DNA of 64,000 nucleotides from a virus. This document shows, in pieces, positions 1 through 8,384 of the stretch (positions within the stretch are counted from its first letter, which is position 1; each line of letters begins with the position of its first letter). A program made the translations under genes and the position numbers. Under the pieces are notes generated by a model. It worked only from the letters and a program-made list of their open reading frames with translations, did not search any database and was not told the DNA's origin. The DNA lies in the IMG/VR virus record IMGVR_UViG_3300032308_002246, positions 1-64,000 of that record, one strand, 5' to 3'.

Positions 1-1
1 G

Positions 2-73
2 AGCCCGCTCTCGGGATTGAACCGAGGACCACTGCATTACAAGTGCAGAGCTCTACCACTGAGCTAAACGGGC
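2..73 (-). tRNA. trnT: tRNA-Thr(UGU)
   Basis: Reverse complement GCCCGTTTAGCTCAGTGGTAGAGC...CTTGTAA...GGTTCAATCC...GCGGGC forms a full cloverleaf with anticodon TGT; the 3' end is at the window edge. Confidence 0.95.
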
Positions 74-76
74 TTG

Positions 77-151
77 TCACGCAGTCCGGGAGTCGAACCC
101 AGAGACCGTCCGTTAGATTCCACGGGTACTCTACCGCTGAGCTTCTGCGTG
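77..151 (-). tRNA. tRNA-like gene with non-canonical anticodon loop
   Basis: Acceptor stem CACGCAG/CTGCGTG, D-arm GCTCAGCGGTAGAGT and T-arm GGGTTCGACTCC are present. The anticodon arm is CCGT-GGAATCTA-ACGG (8-nt loop, no U33). Confidence 0.7.
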
Positions 152-316
152 CGTAAAACAATAACACAATTTGGTTATTGCACTGCGTCTACTCGTTGTC
201 AAGCTTCTTTTCGTAATCTACAAATAATTTGGCAGCTACAAGAACTAAGGCAGAAAGAATAAATAGCAAGTCCATCTAAGTGTTATATCTTATTTTGTCA
301 AGTGATGCAAGTATCG

Positions 317-403
317 AGGAATGGGAGGGATTTGAACCCCCGGTCCGCGCAAACGGACTCTTGTTTTCAGGACAAGTGCAATAAGCCTCTCTGCCACCAT
401 TCC
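317..403 (-). tRNA. trnS: tRNA-Ser(UGA), long variable arm
   Basis: GGAATGGTGGCAGAGAGGCTTATTGCA-CTTGT CCTGAAA ACAAG-variable arm GTCCG..CGGAC-GGGGGTTCAAATCCCTC-CCATTCC. Confidence 0.9.
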
Positions 404-407
404 GGAG

Positions 408-480
408 CTGGCGAGGTAGGGCTCGAACCTACGACAAGCGGATTAACAGTCCGCTGCTCTGCCTACTGAGCTACTCGCCA
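408..480 (-). tRNA. trnN: tRNA-Asn(GUU)
   Basis: TGGCGAGTAGCTCAGTAGGCAGAGCAGCGGACTGTTAATCCGC...GTAGGTTCGAGCCCTAC CTCGCCA G. Confidence 0.95.
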
Positions 481-545
481 CCGTGAGGGTAGACAGAGTC
501 AGTTTCAGCACCGCCTAAACGAATGCCCCCTCAGGAAGACCTTAG

Positions 546-619
546 CGCGTCGGGTAGGAATCGAACCTACAACCTACAGATTAGAAGTCTGTTGCTCTAT
601 CCGATTGAGCTACCGACGC
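546..619 (-). tRNA. trnR: tRNA-Arg(UCU)
   Basis: GCGTCGGTAGCTCAATCGGATAGAGCAACAGACTTCTAATCTGT...GGTTCGATTCC...CCGACGC G. Confidence 0.95.
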
Positions 620-973
620 TCATCTGGTGCGAACACCACACGTGCTGCAAAATTCTAGACTACCGACGAGCTCCAGCTGGATATCGCAGCGGGACTTCCC
701 ACAAGGCATGATGAGCCGCTCGCCGGCCAAGTATGCCCGTATCTGTTCAATCGTCCCGGGAGGTGGAGCTACTGGTTCTGGAGCTGGGGGTAGTCCTAGG
801 CCGTCTCTTACGGCACCGTAGATGACTCCTAAGGCCCAGTTGTTAATAGATGTGTGGTTTGCTTCGCAGATATCAATTATCTGGTTCTTGAGCTTCCCAG
901 ACATTCTGATGACGAGGTTGTATTCCCCGTCTTCGTTACCTGCTCTTACTGGTAAATGGGGCATCGCGCTCAA
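620..973 (-). CDS. ribbon-helix-helix (Arc/HicB-like) protein with C-terminal Cys cluster
   Basis: YNLVIRMSGKLKNQIIDICEANHTSINNW RHH pattern; CxxxxC...CxxC at the C terminus. Confidence 0.55.
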   Translation of the reverse strand: MSAMPHLPVRAGNEDGEYNLVIRMSGKLKNQIIDICEANHTSINNWALGVIYGAVRDGLGLPPAPEPVAPPPGTIEQIRAYLAGERLIMPCGKSRCDIQLELVGSLEFCSTCGVRTR

Positions 974-1118
974 TCAAGCTTTTGATGTACTCAGTGATGG
1001 TCATGTCGTAGCCGTCAGATACTTCGATGATGTGGTTCTTGAATTCGGCCGGCACGCGCATCGTGACAGCGGCCCACTTGCCGGCAGTAGCTTTTGGTGG
1101 TCTTCCGTTCTTAGCCAT
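936..1118 (-). CDS. small ribbon-helix-helix DNA-binding protein
   Basis: GRPPK AT-hook-like N terminus followed by VTMRVPAEFKNHIIEVS...MTITEYIKSLIERD. Confidence 0.6.
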   Translation of the reverse strand: MAKNGRPPKATAGKWAAVTMRVPAEFKNHIIEVSDGYDMTITEYIKSLIERDAPFTSKSR

Positions 1119-1611
1119 GAGTGCTGTAGTTCTCTTCCTCCCACCGAGAAGCTTCTTGCGTAAAAGCTTCGATGAAGAATTGTCGGTCCCCGTTGGTAGA
1201 GAGTGTAAACGCTTGACTGCCTCCCAGGCGGATGATTGTTTTCCGAAGGACCTCGTGGACTTCCCCCACCGACTGGATTGTCTGGGTTCCGCTGTTTACG
1301 CCCTCTCCCAGCTCTCGTAGCTTGACCCAAGCTTCCCAAGCTGCAGGAGGAGCGTCCAGACGCTTTGAGAGAGCCTCCCGGCGGATTGTCCCTGGTCTGG
1401 GCATATTTGCCCTGTCAAGAGCTATGAGGCTTCGTACGGCCCTGTTTACTTCCTCCACCGTCAAGTCACCAAGGATTTGCTCCCAGGTGCTGAGTAGCTC
1501 TTTGTAACGTTTCTCTACCTGGGGGACTTGGTTGTTCCACGCGTTGAAAACATGGATGAGGATTGCCGCCACATCGTTACGAGTCATGATGTCCTCTCGC
1601 GTCGAGCTCAT
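1111..1611 (-). CDS. replicative helicase loader/inhibitor (G39P-like); probable start at 1587
   Basis: MTRNDVAAIL...WEQILGDLTVEEVNRAVRSLIA...MPRPGTIR...AWEAW resembles phage helicase-loader families. Confidence 0.6.
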   Translation of the reverse strand: MSSTREDIMTRNDVAAILIHVFNAWNNQVPQVEKRYKELLSTWEQILGDLTVEEVNRAVRSLIALDRANMPRPGTIRREALSKRLDAPPAAWEAWVKLRELGEGVNSGTQTIQSVGEVHEVLRKTIIRLGGSQAFTLSTNGDRQFFIEAFTQEASRWEEENYSTHG

Positions 1612-1751
1612 ACGCCACCGTCATCAAAAAAGACCTTGGCCGGCTGGTATGCAGTCCCGACAACCGCATACCAGCAGACTGTGCAGTCCCGACTTGAATC
1701 TGCACGTCATCTTTGGCCATCCGGTAATTTTAGCGGGGCTTAAAAGCTTTG

Positions 1752-2270
1752 TCAATCGTTTTTAGCTTCTTCTGCAGCTGCCAGGCCGGCGAATCGCTCG
1801 ACGTGCTTTGCATCACGAAGGATTAACTCAATATCGTCGTACTTTGTTCCTGTGGGATTTTCTCCCATATGCCAAGAAGACAAGCTACATCCTTGAACTG
1901 CAAGTAAACAATCAGTGATTCCGTAATCATAAATCGCAGAGCCGATAATTATCATTCGTTCTTCTGAAAGCTTCGGCCGAACTCCCCGGCTGCTTGTCTT
2001 ACACCACCGTAACCATTCATCGAAAACTTGTTGAATCTCAGCGGGGCTTACAAGCTTTGACTTCGCACGTTTTGATTTCTTTGTTTTTGTTTCCCGGGCC
2101 GGTGCCGGCTCATCAAAACCAAACAAATTTTCATTCATAAAAACATCCTGGCGCGACATTTGCAAAAAAGCAACTGCTTGTTCACAAACCCTTTGTAGTA
2201 CAAACGTTTTTACTGGTTTATCTACAGGAGCAACTAGGTCATCAACCACCGTGCCAAGTTTATTGAACAT
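1752..2270 (-). CDS. phage replication-initiator-like protein (C-terminal domain type)
   Basis: EIQQVFDEW...LSEER...YGITDCLLAVQGCSLSSWHMGEN..GTKYDDIELILRD..HVERF; lies directly upstream of the loader-like gene. Confidence 0.5.
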   Translation of the reverse strand: MFNKLGTVVDDLVAPVDKPVKTFVLQRVCEQAVAFLQMSRQDVFMNENLFGFDEPAPARETKTKKSKRAKSKLVSPAEIQQVFDEWLRWCKTSSRGVRPKLSEERMIIIGSAIYDYGITDCLLAVQGCSLSSWHMGENPTGTKYDDIELILRDAKHVERFAGLAAAEEAKND

Positions 2271-2378
2271 TGAATGAGCTACCGAAGGAGCAGCACGCGA
2301 GAGAAGAGCAACTTTTATCAGAGGAAGCTTTCTAACGTCTGAAGAAGTAAATCACTAGAACTACTTTTTAGCGGTGAA

Positions 2379-2406
2379 CCGTAGCGCGTAAATCAAATCC
2401 GGTCAA
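2379..2406 (-). promoter_or_regulatory. sigma70-type promoter
   Basis: Minus strand TTGACC-N17-TACGGT; a CAGTCCCG motif abuts the -35 at 2410-2417. Confidence 0.55.
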
Positions 2407-2442
2407 GCACGGGACTGAAATCTTTTGCTGTATGATTTACGT

Positions 2443-2538
2443 CGGCCAGGGGCCCCCTCCTGGTAAGTCGAGCAGGGTTTTCTCCCATCGGAAGCTTCTT
2501 TTCGGTAGGTAATGGTTGAGGAAACCTGCTCGGCGACT
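2443..2538 (+). ncRNA. candidate small structured RNA
   Basis: TATGAT -10 at 2431; hairpin GCCAGG..CCTGGT, then a long stem AGTCG-AGCAGG-GTTTTCTC...GAGGAAAC-CTGCTCG-CGACT; no ORF. Confidence 0.4.
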
Positions 2539-2778
2539 AACTACCAAAAAAAGACAACAGAAGCACCGAAACGATAATTAGAGCTCCAAAAAGCCGCCAT
2601 GCATCAATAACGCTCATAATTAACCCTTCATCCGGTACCGTCAGAACACATCAATAGTACGGCAAAACGCGTAAGCGGGGCTGAAAAGTACGCTTAAAAC
2701 GCATAAAAGTATTTAAAAAGCGTAATTTTTGCTTAAAAGTACCCCAGGGTGACCCAAAAGTACTAAAAGAGATACTTT

Positions 2779-2997
2779 TTAGCTTTTTACCTTCACTTTG
2801 TGGAATTCAACCCACTTCTCACCGTTGCCGATGAGCGGAGAAACCAAAACGTCGTAGTGGCCGTAGCGAAAACGCTCTTTGATGATTTTGATTCCAACAG
2901 AAAGCTCATCGATGAAGACAACGCCTTCTTTACCGATTGCGGAGTTCATGCTCGTCTGTTCGGTGCGTGAATATGTTCGTATTTCTTGCTTTTCCAT
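2779..2997 (-). CDS. hypothetical protein
   Basis: 72-aa ORF, translationally coupled to the upstream gene. Confidence 0.7.
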   Translation of the reverse strand: MEKQEIRTYSRTEQTSMNSAIGKEGVVFIDELSVGIKIIKERFRYGHYDVLVSPLIGNGEKWVEFHKVKVKS

Positions 2998-3224
2998 TAA
3001 ATGCCGCTTTCCTTTTCTAAACGAAACTTGTTGCTCGCCATTGTTGCCAAGTACTCATCAAAAGACATGTTAAAAGGGAAAATATCGCTGTTAACCATCT
3101 CAAGCTGATGCTCATCGAGCGTCTGCCAAGCATCCAGGAGCTTGTAGCCGGCAAGAACATACTCATTGAATGCAACTAAGAACTCTTGCGAAAGTTTGGG
3201 TGTTTTAATAACTGATTCTTTCAT
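2997..3224 (-). CDS. hypothetical protein (leaderless)
   Basis: 75-aa ORF; TAGGAT-N7-ATG. Confidence 0.7.
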   Translation of the reverse strand: MKESVIKTPKLSQEFLVAFNEYVLAGYKLLDAWQTLDEHQLEMVNSDIFPFNMSFDEYLATMASNKFRLEKESGI

Positions 3225-3262
3225 AATTTAAATCCTAACGACTTGCAAGGTCCAACACAACC

Positions 3263-3297
3263 AAAAAGTGGGTGCTCCTCATAAGAAGAGCACCCAC
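3263..3297 (-). terminator. intrinsic terminator
   Basis: GTGGGTGCTC-TTCTTATGAG-GAGCACCCAC-TTTTT downstream of the Xre gene. Confidence 0.75.
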
Positions 3298-3325
3298 AGA
3301 ATGAGTAAGACGACGGCTGCCTGCA

Positions 3326-3538
3326 TTAAACGCCGGCAAGCATGCTCTCTGGCTTTACTCCGAAAGCAACAGAGATGCGAAGCAACGTCTCAATATTTGG
3401 CGAGAAGTGTCCGTTCTCAATGCGGTTGATTGTCTTGCGGTCCACGCCGGCAAAATCTGCGAGCTGTTGCTGTGTAAGCCCAGCTTCGAGGCGATTCTGT
3501 TTGATGCGCGATGCAACTTTCTTGATGCGGGTTTGCAT
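3326..3538 (-). CDS. XRE-family HTH regulator
   Basis: RIKQNRLEAGLTQQQLADFAGVDRKTINRIENGHFSPNIETLLRIS. Confidence 0.92.
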   Translation of the reverse strand: MQTRIKKVASRIKQNRLEAGLTQQQLADFAGVDRKTINRIENGHFSPNIETLLRISVAFGVKPESMLAGV

Positions 3539-3568
3539 TTTTTTCTCCTTGTTTTATCCTGGCCAGGT

Positions 3569-3763
3569 TTAGCCAGAAACCTTGTTAACTTCTAAATCAA
3601 CTGTTGTTGTGTTGTAGTCTGCACGCTTTTCGTAATCAATTCCGCTCGGTTCATTTACCGCTGTGTAAATTGCAGTTTCAAGATGTGCAATTTCATCGTC
3701 GGTCATTTCACGATTGGTTGAAAAACTAATTTTAATTTTGTATTCGGCCATTAGATTTCCCAC
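3569..3763 (-). CDS. hypothetical protein
   Basis: ORF within the leftward early-gene run. Confidence 0.6.
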   Translation of the reverse strand: MGNLMAEYKIKISFSTNREMTDDEIAHLETAIYTAVNEPSGIDYEKRADYNTTTVDLEVNKVSG

Positions 3764-4101
3764 CGATTTCCTGCGTTGTATTCTGCAACGAAATATTCAG
3801 CGAAGTGACGAGCTGCGTAGATGCGTGTGAGCACATCAAAAACTTCGTACCACTTATCCGCTGACGAACCATGCTGGCGCATATATTCCTGCGCGCAAAG
3901 CCTCATGGTGTGCTGGAACAGTAATACGGTGAGGTCGATGTTGCTTTCTACTCCCTTTTCAAGATTCCGGTCGTAGTGACGTTGCTGGTTCTTGAATGCC
4001 GGCACTAAGTAGTTGTGATAACAACGACTATCGTTTTCAGCAAACAAGCAAAGCTCTACAGCTTCTTCTCGTGACTGCTCAACCGATTTAACTGATTTCA
4101 T
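3751..4101 (-). CDS. hypothetical phage protein
   Basis: AGGAG SD; ELCLFAEND..Y motif seen in phage early proteins. Confidence 0.75.
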   Translation of the reverse strand: MKSVKSVEQSREEAVELCLFAENDSRCYHNYLVPAFKNQQRHYDRNLEKGVESNIDLTVLLFQHTMRLCAQEYMRQHGSSADKWYEVFDVLTRIYAARHFAEYFVAEYNAGNRWEI

Positions 4102-4270
4102 TTGAACTCCTTTAATAACTTGTTACCAGATACTACATGTGCCCCAGCAACAATGCAACTCCAGATAATTTCTTTTGCCGTAATCCGGGGAGCGGCCAAA
4201 GCCACCCAAACCATGATTACGGTTGAAAAGCTGGTGCCGGCAAAGATTGCCCTGTGAATCCGAATATCCA

Positions 4271-4510
4271 TCACAGGTCATCCTGCATATGGTCACGGCC
4301 CACATAGATGGTGTCCTCTTCAATCTCTTCAAGCTCTAAATCGGAGAACGAGTCGCTGATGAAGTCGGAGTTCTCGTTGAGCCAGTAGCCCTGCTGGTCG
4401 ACGGTCCACTCTTCCCATTCAGCTGGAAGCTCCTTGTTCAAGCTGTAGACAATGTAGCGGTCCTGCGTCTGCAGGCGTGATTCCCGGTTTGTTACATGGT
4501 AAATAGTCAT
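4271..4510 (-). CDS. acidic hypothetical protein
   Basis: 79 aa, D/E-rich, GAGGTG SD. Confidence 0.7.
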   Translation of the reverse strand: MTIYHVTNRESRLQTQDRYIVYSLNKELPAEWEEWTVDQQGYWLNENSDFISDSFSDLELEEIEEDTIYVGRDHMQDDL

Positions 4511-4511
4511 T

Positions 4512-4802
4512 TCACACCTCTGCGAATTGTGGAATCAAGCTAATGAAACCATCATTTGGATTATCGTTATCTGTCCAGACAGCTGAGATGAAGCGGAGTC
4601 CGCATGAAACATCCCACCACTCCTGAATTTTCTCATACATCTCCCAAGGGGCGCCACGAAAAGAAACTGAATTGTTTTCTTCCGTGTAGTTCCTCTCAAA
4701 CCATGCAGCTTGTTCTGCGTCCATAGCGAGGTAAATCTTGTGACATGAATCCCAAGAGATGAGCAGTGCGCTCATTGTTGCTTTTTCAACGTCTTCCCAC
4801 AT
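4512..4802 (-). CDS. hypothetical protein
   Basis: Start MWEDVE with GGAGG SD; WDSCHKIYL...WWDVSCGLRFI. Confidence 0.7.
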   Translation of the reverse strand: MWEDVEKATMSALLISWDSCHKIYLAMDAEQAAWFERNYTEENNSVSFRGAPWEMYEKIQEWWDVSCGLRFISAVWTDNDNPNDGFISLIPQFAEV

Positions 4803-4804
4803 GA

Positions 4805-5086
4805 TTAGGCCTCCTGCATATGGTCGAGGAATGACCAGAGGTGGAATGTGTCCATGAGGGTTCCAGCCTTGACGGAGGTCTGATTGCGCCACATGACGCC
4901 AGCTGGGAGCTGTACGAGCTCATGGAGAGCTTCCTGCTCAGCGTGGAGGATTGCTTCCTTGCATGGCTTAACCATGACAGATGGAACACTTGGATAATGA
5001 TTCTGTGCGAGGTGAAGAGCAATCATTGAATCGAGGTCAAGCTTCCACCCCTCTTCAATAAGGTCTTCAATGAACTTACGGCCCAT
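4805..5086 (-). CDS. hypothetical protein
   Basis: Start MGRKF with AAGGAG SD; HLAQNHYPSVP..MVKPC.EAI motif. Confidence 0.7.
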   Translation of the reverse strand: MGRKFIEDLIEEGWKLDLDSMIALHLAQNHYPSVPSVMVKPCKEAILHAEQEALHELVQLPAGVMWRNQTSVKAGTLMDTFHLWSFLDHMQEA

Positions 5087-5440
5087 GGGCTCTCCTTTAA
5101 TAGATGTACTTGATGGGGTACATAGTAGCGGCTTACAACCAACAAGCAAACATTTTCAAACATTTTTTTTTGATTTTTTTTACCTGAAAAACTGGTCCAC
5201 GACATCGAGCGAAGCAGAATTATTCGCTGAGCTACCTGGGCCCGGCATCATCCGCCACCGTCATTAAAAATTCCCAAACCTTGCAGTCCCGCTTGGTTTA
5301 AACCGTTTCAAGATGTCGGTCGAAGTCGCAGTTCGCACGCACGCGCGCGGGCGGGGCTACAAAGCTTTTGATTTGATTCGACTAGGGCCCGGGAAATCTT
5401 CTGCTCTGCAAGAACTGCAGCTGCCAGGAAAAAAGAGAAT

Positions 5441-5483
5441 AAAAAAAGGGGGGTCGCTCACCCTTTCGGTAGAACGACCCCCC
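5441..5483 (-). terminator. intrinsic terminator of the MNRR minigene unit
   Basis: GGGGGGTCG...CGACCCCCC followed by T7. Confidence 0.8.
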
Positions 5484-5486
5484 TGC

Positions 5487-5501
5487 TTATCTTCTATTCA
5501 T
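5487..5501 (-). CDS. minigene Met-Asn-Arg-Arg-stop
   Basis: AAGGAG-CTTCT-ATG AAT AGA AGA TAA, lying between a TTGCTT...TAATGT promoter and a terminator. Confidence 0.55.
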   Translation of the reverse strand: MNRR

Positions 5502-5971
5502 AGAAGCTCCTTAGGTAGGTAGGGACACATTAGCCACAGCTCAAATAAAAAGCAACCTCAGCGAAAAGATTTTTTTGAACATATTCGCTGCGTCGGCCGA
5601 GCTGTGCAGAATCATCCGACACCGTCATCAAATTGCTCGAATAGCGCCTGGTAGTCCCGCACGGTGTTATTTGGAAGACTTTGACCAGATGGCAGCGCGC
5701 AAGTGCGTGCGGGGCTGAATAGCTCCAAACTGGGTTTTGTTTGATTGTTTATAGCTCGTGCGGAAAAAAGTCAACGTGTTCTTATTTGCAAGAGTTGAAA
5801 ACTAGGACCTAAAGTTATTGGTGATTTAGCGCTAAATACAATTCTGGTTCCGTTTTTCCCGGGTCATCCGCCGCCGTCGACGTGTTGCAGAAGAAAACAG
5901 CGCAACGCGGTCCCGACTGTTGTTTGAGGGCTTGCGACACCCCAGAAGGGTGGAGCGGGGCTAAATAGCTT

Positions 5972-6175
5972 CTAGAACAAGCTTCGTGCGTATGGACCCC
6001 GCAACGCTGAGAGTTTTTTGCTTCGTTCGGGTTCAGGTAAAAGATTTATCTGCTCAAGGCGTTTCTGCCGCTTACGTTCCCGTTCGTATTCACGCCTACG
6101 AAGCTTTTTAGAGAATGTATTCTCCCTGTTCTCACGCTGCCAGGCTTTTTGTTTCTCTTTATCCTTGTAAGGCAT
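5972..6175 (-). CDS. basic hypothetical protein
   Basis: GGAGG SD; MPYKDKEKQKAWQRE N terminus common in phage proteins. Confidence 0.6.
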   Translation of the reverse strand: MPYKDKEKQKAWQRENRENTFSKKLRRREYERERKRQKRLEQINLLPEPERSKKLSALRGPYARSLF

Positions 6176-6200
6176 GCATCCTCCGATGTAGAGTGTTTGA

Positions 6201-6398
6201 ATGTCAGGTTTAGTCCCTTGTAACTTTTGTGGCAACCTTGTTGACACTACAAGCAAATCAACGATGCGTCTAGTGAGAGCATGGTTACCTTGCGGCAGTA
6301 TTTCCGGGGCAAAGAGTATTGATGAGCTTTTTCTATACGCACATAAAATTTGCGTAGAAGTAAAACATCATGAGATACCCATGGACAAACTGTTTTAG
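6201..6398 (+). CDS. small Zn-finger-like protein (leaderless)
   Basis: TAGAGT-N6-ATG; CNFC...HKIC. Confidence 0.6.
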   Translation: MSGLVPCNFCGNLVDTTSKSTMRLVRAWLPCGSISGAKSIDELFLYAHKICVEVKHHEIPMDKLF

Positions 6399-6443
6399 TT
6401 GAACACGCAGAAAATAATCAACAGTACGACGATTGCGTACAAC

Positions 6444-6944
6444 CTAAACCTCAGTCCGGACGAACGGGCAAGGAGCCTCGATGTTGAATACCTCTTCATA
6501 TAGCGCCCTCCCTGATGCCCATGTACCCCACGACAGTGGGTCTCCTGTCCATTCACCGTCAGAACTTACCTGCAGCAATTTGCCGTAGATTACTTTTGCT
6601 CGAATAAGGATAGCTGTAACTACCGCATCGTACGGTTTCTGCGCTGTCTTGCAAAAGTCAAAGTAGAACAAATCGTCTTTGCGCCACTCAGGTTGCACAG
6701 GATTTGCTTCCCACCGGAATGTCTCGTGCGACAAATCACCGTTAGGGCCGTCTTCACCATTGAAAGCAAAATATGCTTCGGTAAATTCAGGCGATGTGCC
6801 CACCTCTCCGAAAGGTCCTGCTAGGCGAATGCCGATGGACTGTGCGTGCTCACAAATAGCTTTTGCATCTAGTGCAAGCCGCCCAAACATTTCTGCTGTT
6901 CCATGATTTCCTACAGGCCTATCCGTGTAATGCGTGTAACCCAT
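6444..6944 (-). CDS. conserved phage hypothetical protein
   Basis: MGYTHY...FNG...HETF...FDFCKTAQKPYDAVVTAIL...VSSDG family motifs. Confidence 0.8.
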   Translation of the reverse strand: MGYTHYTDRPVGNHGTAEMFGRLALDAKAICEHAQSIGIRLAGPFGEVGTSPEFTEAYFAFNGEDGPNGDLSHETFRWEANPVQPEWRKDDLFYFDFCKTAQKPYDAVVTAILIRAKVIYGKLLQVSSDGEWTGDPLSWGTWASGRALYEEVFNIEAPCPFVRTEV

Positions 6945-7229
6945 TTACTTCTCCCTCGTCATACTCATAATTCCCCATGAAGCAGAAAGCGGCAAGCCGT
7001 CCCTGCCGGCAACAAGCATCATTTTTGCTCGCCATGCCGGGTGATTGTACATACCTTCGCTCGTTGTGTCTTTCCCAACAACGACAACATGCTTATCGCC
7101 ACTGAGACGAACTCCGCTGTCTTTCCTGTAAGCCGAAGCTTCACCAGTCGAGCCAACAATAAGGACCTTCTCAAGAGGACAAGCTTCGCCCGTGTACTTG
7201 TTGACCACATATCCGATGTTTGTACTCAT
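6945..7229 (-). CDS. hypothetical protein
   Basis: Coupled ORF in operon. Confidence 0.65.
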   Translation of the reverse strand: MSTNIGYVVNKYTGEACPLEKVLIVGSTGEASAYRKDSGVRLSGDKHVVVVGKDTTSEGMYNHPAWRAKMMLVAGRDGLPLSASWGIMSMTREK

Positions 7230-7495
7230 GATGCGTTCTCCAAGACATGGATAGAAAGCTCACCAGAACGAAGCCAATCAAAAGCTTCGGTCCGAACCCA
7301 CTCATTGCACAACGCGGCGAAGATATCTGCAGTGCCTGGTTCTCCGATTTCTCCAATCATGCTTTTTGCCGTCTCGATGTCCCACATGCGAATTTGTGCA
7401 AATGGTTTCAGCGGAGCTTTGGTGTGCAAGATGTCGCAGTACGGACCCCCATTCCAGACGAACTTGAACATGCTTACCGTCAGTGTGAGCCTCAT
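7226..7495 (-). CDS. hypothetical protein
   Basis: 4-nt overlaps with both neighbours. Confidence 0.65.
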   Translation of the reverse strand: MRLTLTVSMFKFVWNGGPYCDILHTKAPLKPFAQIRMWDIETAKSMIGEIGEPGTADIFAALCNEWVRTEAFDWLRSGELSIHVLENAS

Positions 7496-7968
7496 TTTGT
7501 TACCTCAGCCGCAGCAATGCTTTCCGCTGCAAGGATGTTTGCCATCACAAGACGAATTGCATCAGCAAGACTTCCACGACCTGCAAGGTCGGTAAGAATT
7601 TCTCCGTCGTCGTCAAGGCTCATCACCGAAGCAATGCGGCATGTCCGGTCAATAACACTCAACATACGCACGCGACGGCGTTCTGGGTGCTGGCTAGGGG
7701 CAATTTCATCGTCGCCTTCTTCCCGAATAGGAGCTGCCCAACCAGAGGTTTCAACTCCAAGAAACTCAAAGTCGTGAAGTGTTTCTTCGTCAGTCTCTTT
7801 GGCGATGTTCTCCAGACCGACGTAAACGTCACCGTAGACACCAAGTGTCACCAGCTGCCCGTCACGGCTCTTGAAAATATGGCATGTTGACTTCGTAAGA
7901 CCCGGCCAGTTCGCCAAGTCATTGAAAATTTCTGTTGCAGCTTCTGTGAGCTCTAAATTGCTTTTCAT
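7492..7968 (-). CDS. hypothetical actinophage-type protein
   Basis: GWAAP...APSQHPERRRVR motif; AAGGA SD. Confidence 0.75.
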   Translation of the reverse strand: MKSNLELTEAATEIFNDLANWPGLTKSTCHIFKSRDGQLVTLGVYGDVYVGLENIAKETDEETLHDFEFLGVETSGWAAPIREEGDDEIAPSQHPERRRVRMLSVIDRTCRIASVMSLDDDGEILTDLAGRGSLADAIRLVMANILAAESIAAAEVTK

Positions 7969-8001
7969 GATGTTTCCTTTTTTTAGTGGGTGATTTTTAT
8001 T

Positions 8002-8172
8002 CTAGTCAATAAGTACGTAGTTATCACCGTTTCCCTCGGTGAGACCGGTGTAAATGATTACCTGACCCTCGTTGTCGTGCTCGATGTCTGCTGTAGGCAG
8101 AAACTCGTACAACGCCTTACGGAACTTCTTTCCTGAAATAACTGTTTTCTTATGAAGTGGTTTCTTAGCCAT
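8002..8172 (-). CDS. small hypothetical protein (56 aa, not in the ORF track)
   Basis: MAKKPLHKK...FLPTADIEHDNEGQVIIYTGL; GGGGA SD; fills the gap in the operon. Confidence 0.65.
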   Translation of the reverse strand: MAKKPLHKKTVISGKKFRKALYEFLPTADIEHDNEGQVIIYTGLTEGNGDNYVLID

Positions 8173-8174
8173 TG

Positions 8175-8384
8175 CTATTCCCCTTTGATGAATTCGCAGA
8201 TTGATTTTTTAGGCATTTTGCGGTCGAGAACTTCGGTGCCAGTTTCCAAGCCGATGTAGCTGAGCAGATAGGTGCTGCCGTTGATGCGTGTCGGAGCTTT
8301 GATTTCTGTTACCCGATAGTTCTCATGAAAAGCCCAAGTAAAAATGTCTCCTACTTTGAGCTGCTCAATCCGCTTTGTTTGCAT
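8175..8384 (-). CDS. hypothetical protein (leaderless start MQTKR)
   Basis: TTGCAA-N18-TAATGT-N7-ATG; IEQLKVGD motif. Confidence 0.7.
   Translation of the reverse strand: MQTKRIEQLKVGDIFTWAFHENYRVTEIKAPTRINGSTYLLSYIGLETGTEVLDRKMPKKSICEFIKGE

Noticed and set aside
481-540. Hairpin between tRNA-Arg and tRNA-Asn as a tRNA-associated ribozyme
   Set aside because: Only a TGAGGG/CCCTCA closing stem is evident; I could not build an HDV-like or hammerhead core.
74-821. Plus-strand ORFs over the tRNA cluster
   Set aside because: They overlap minus-strand tRNA genes and the RHH gene.
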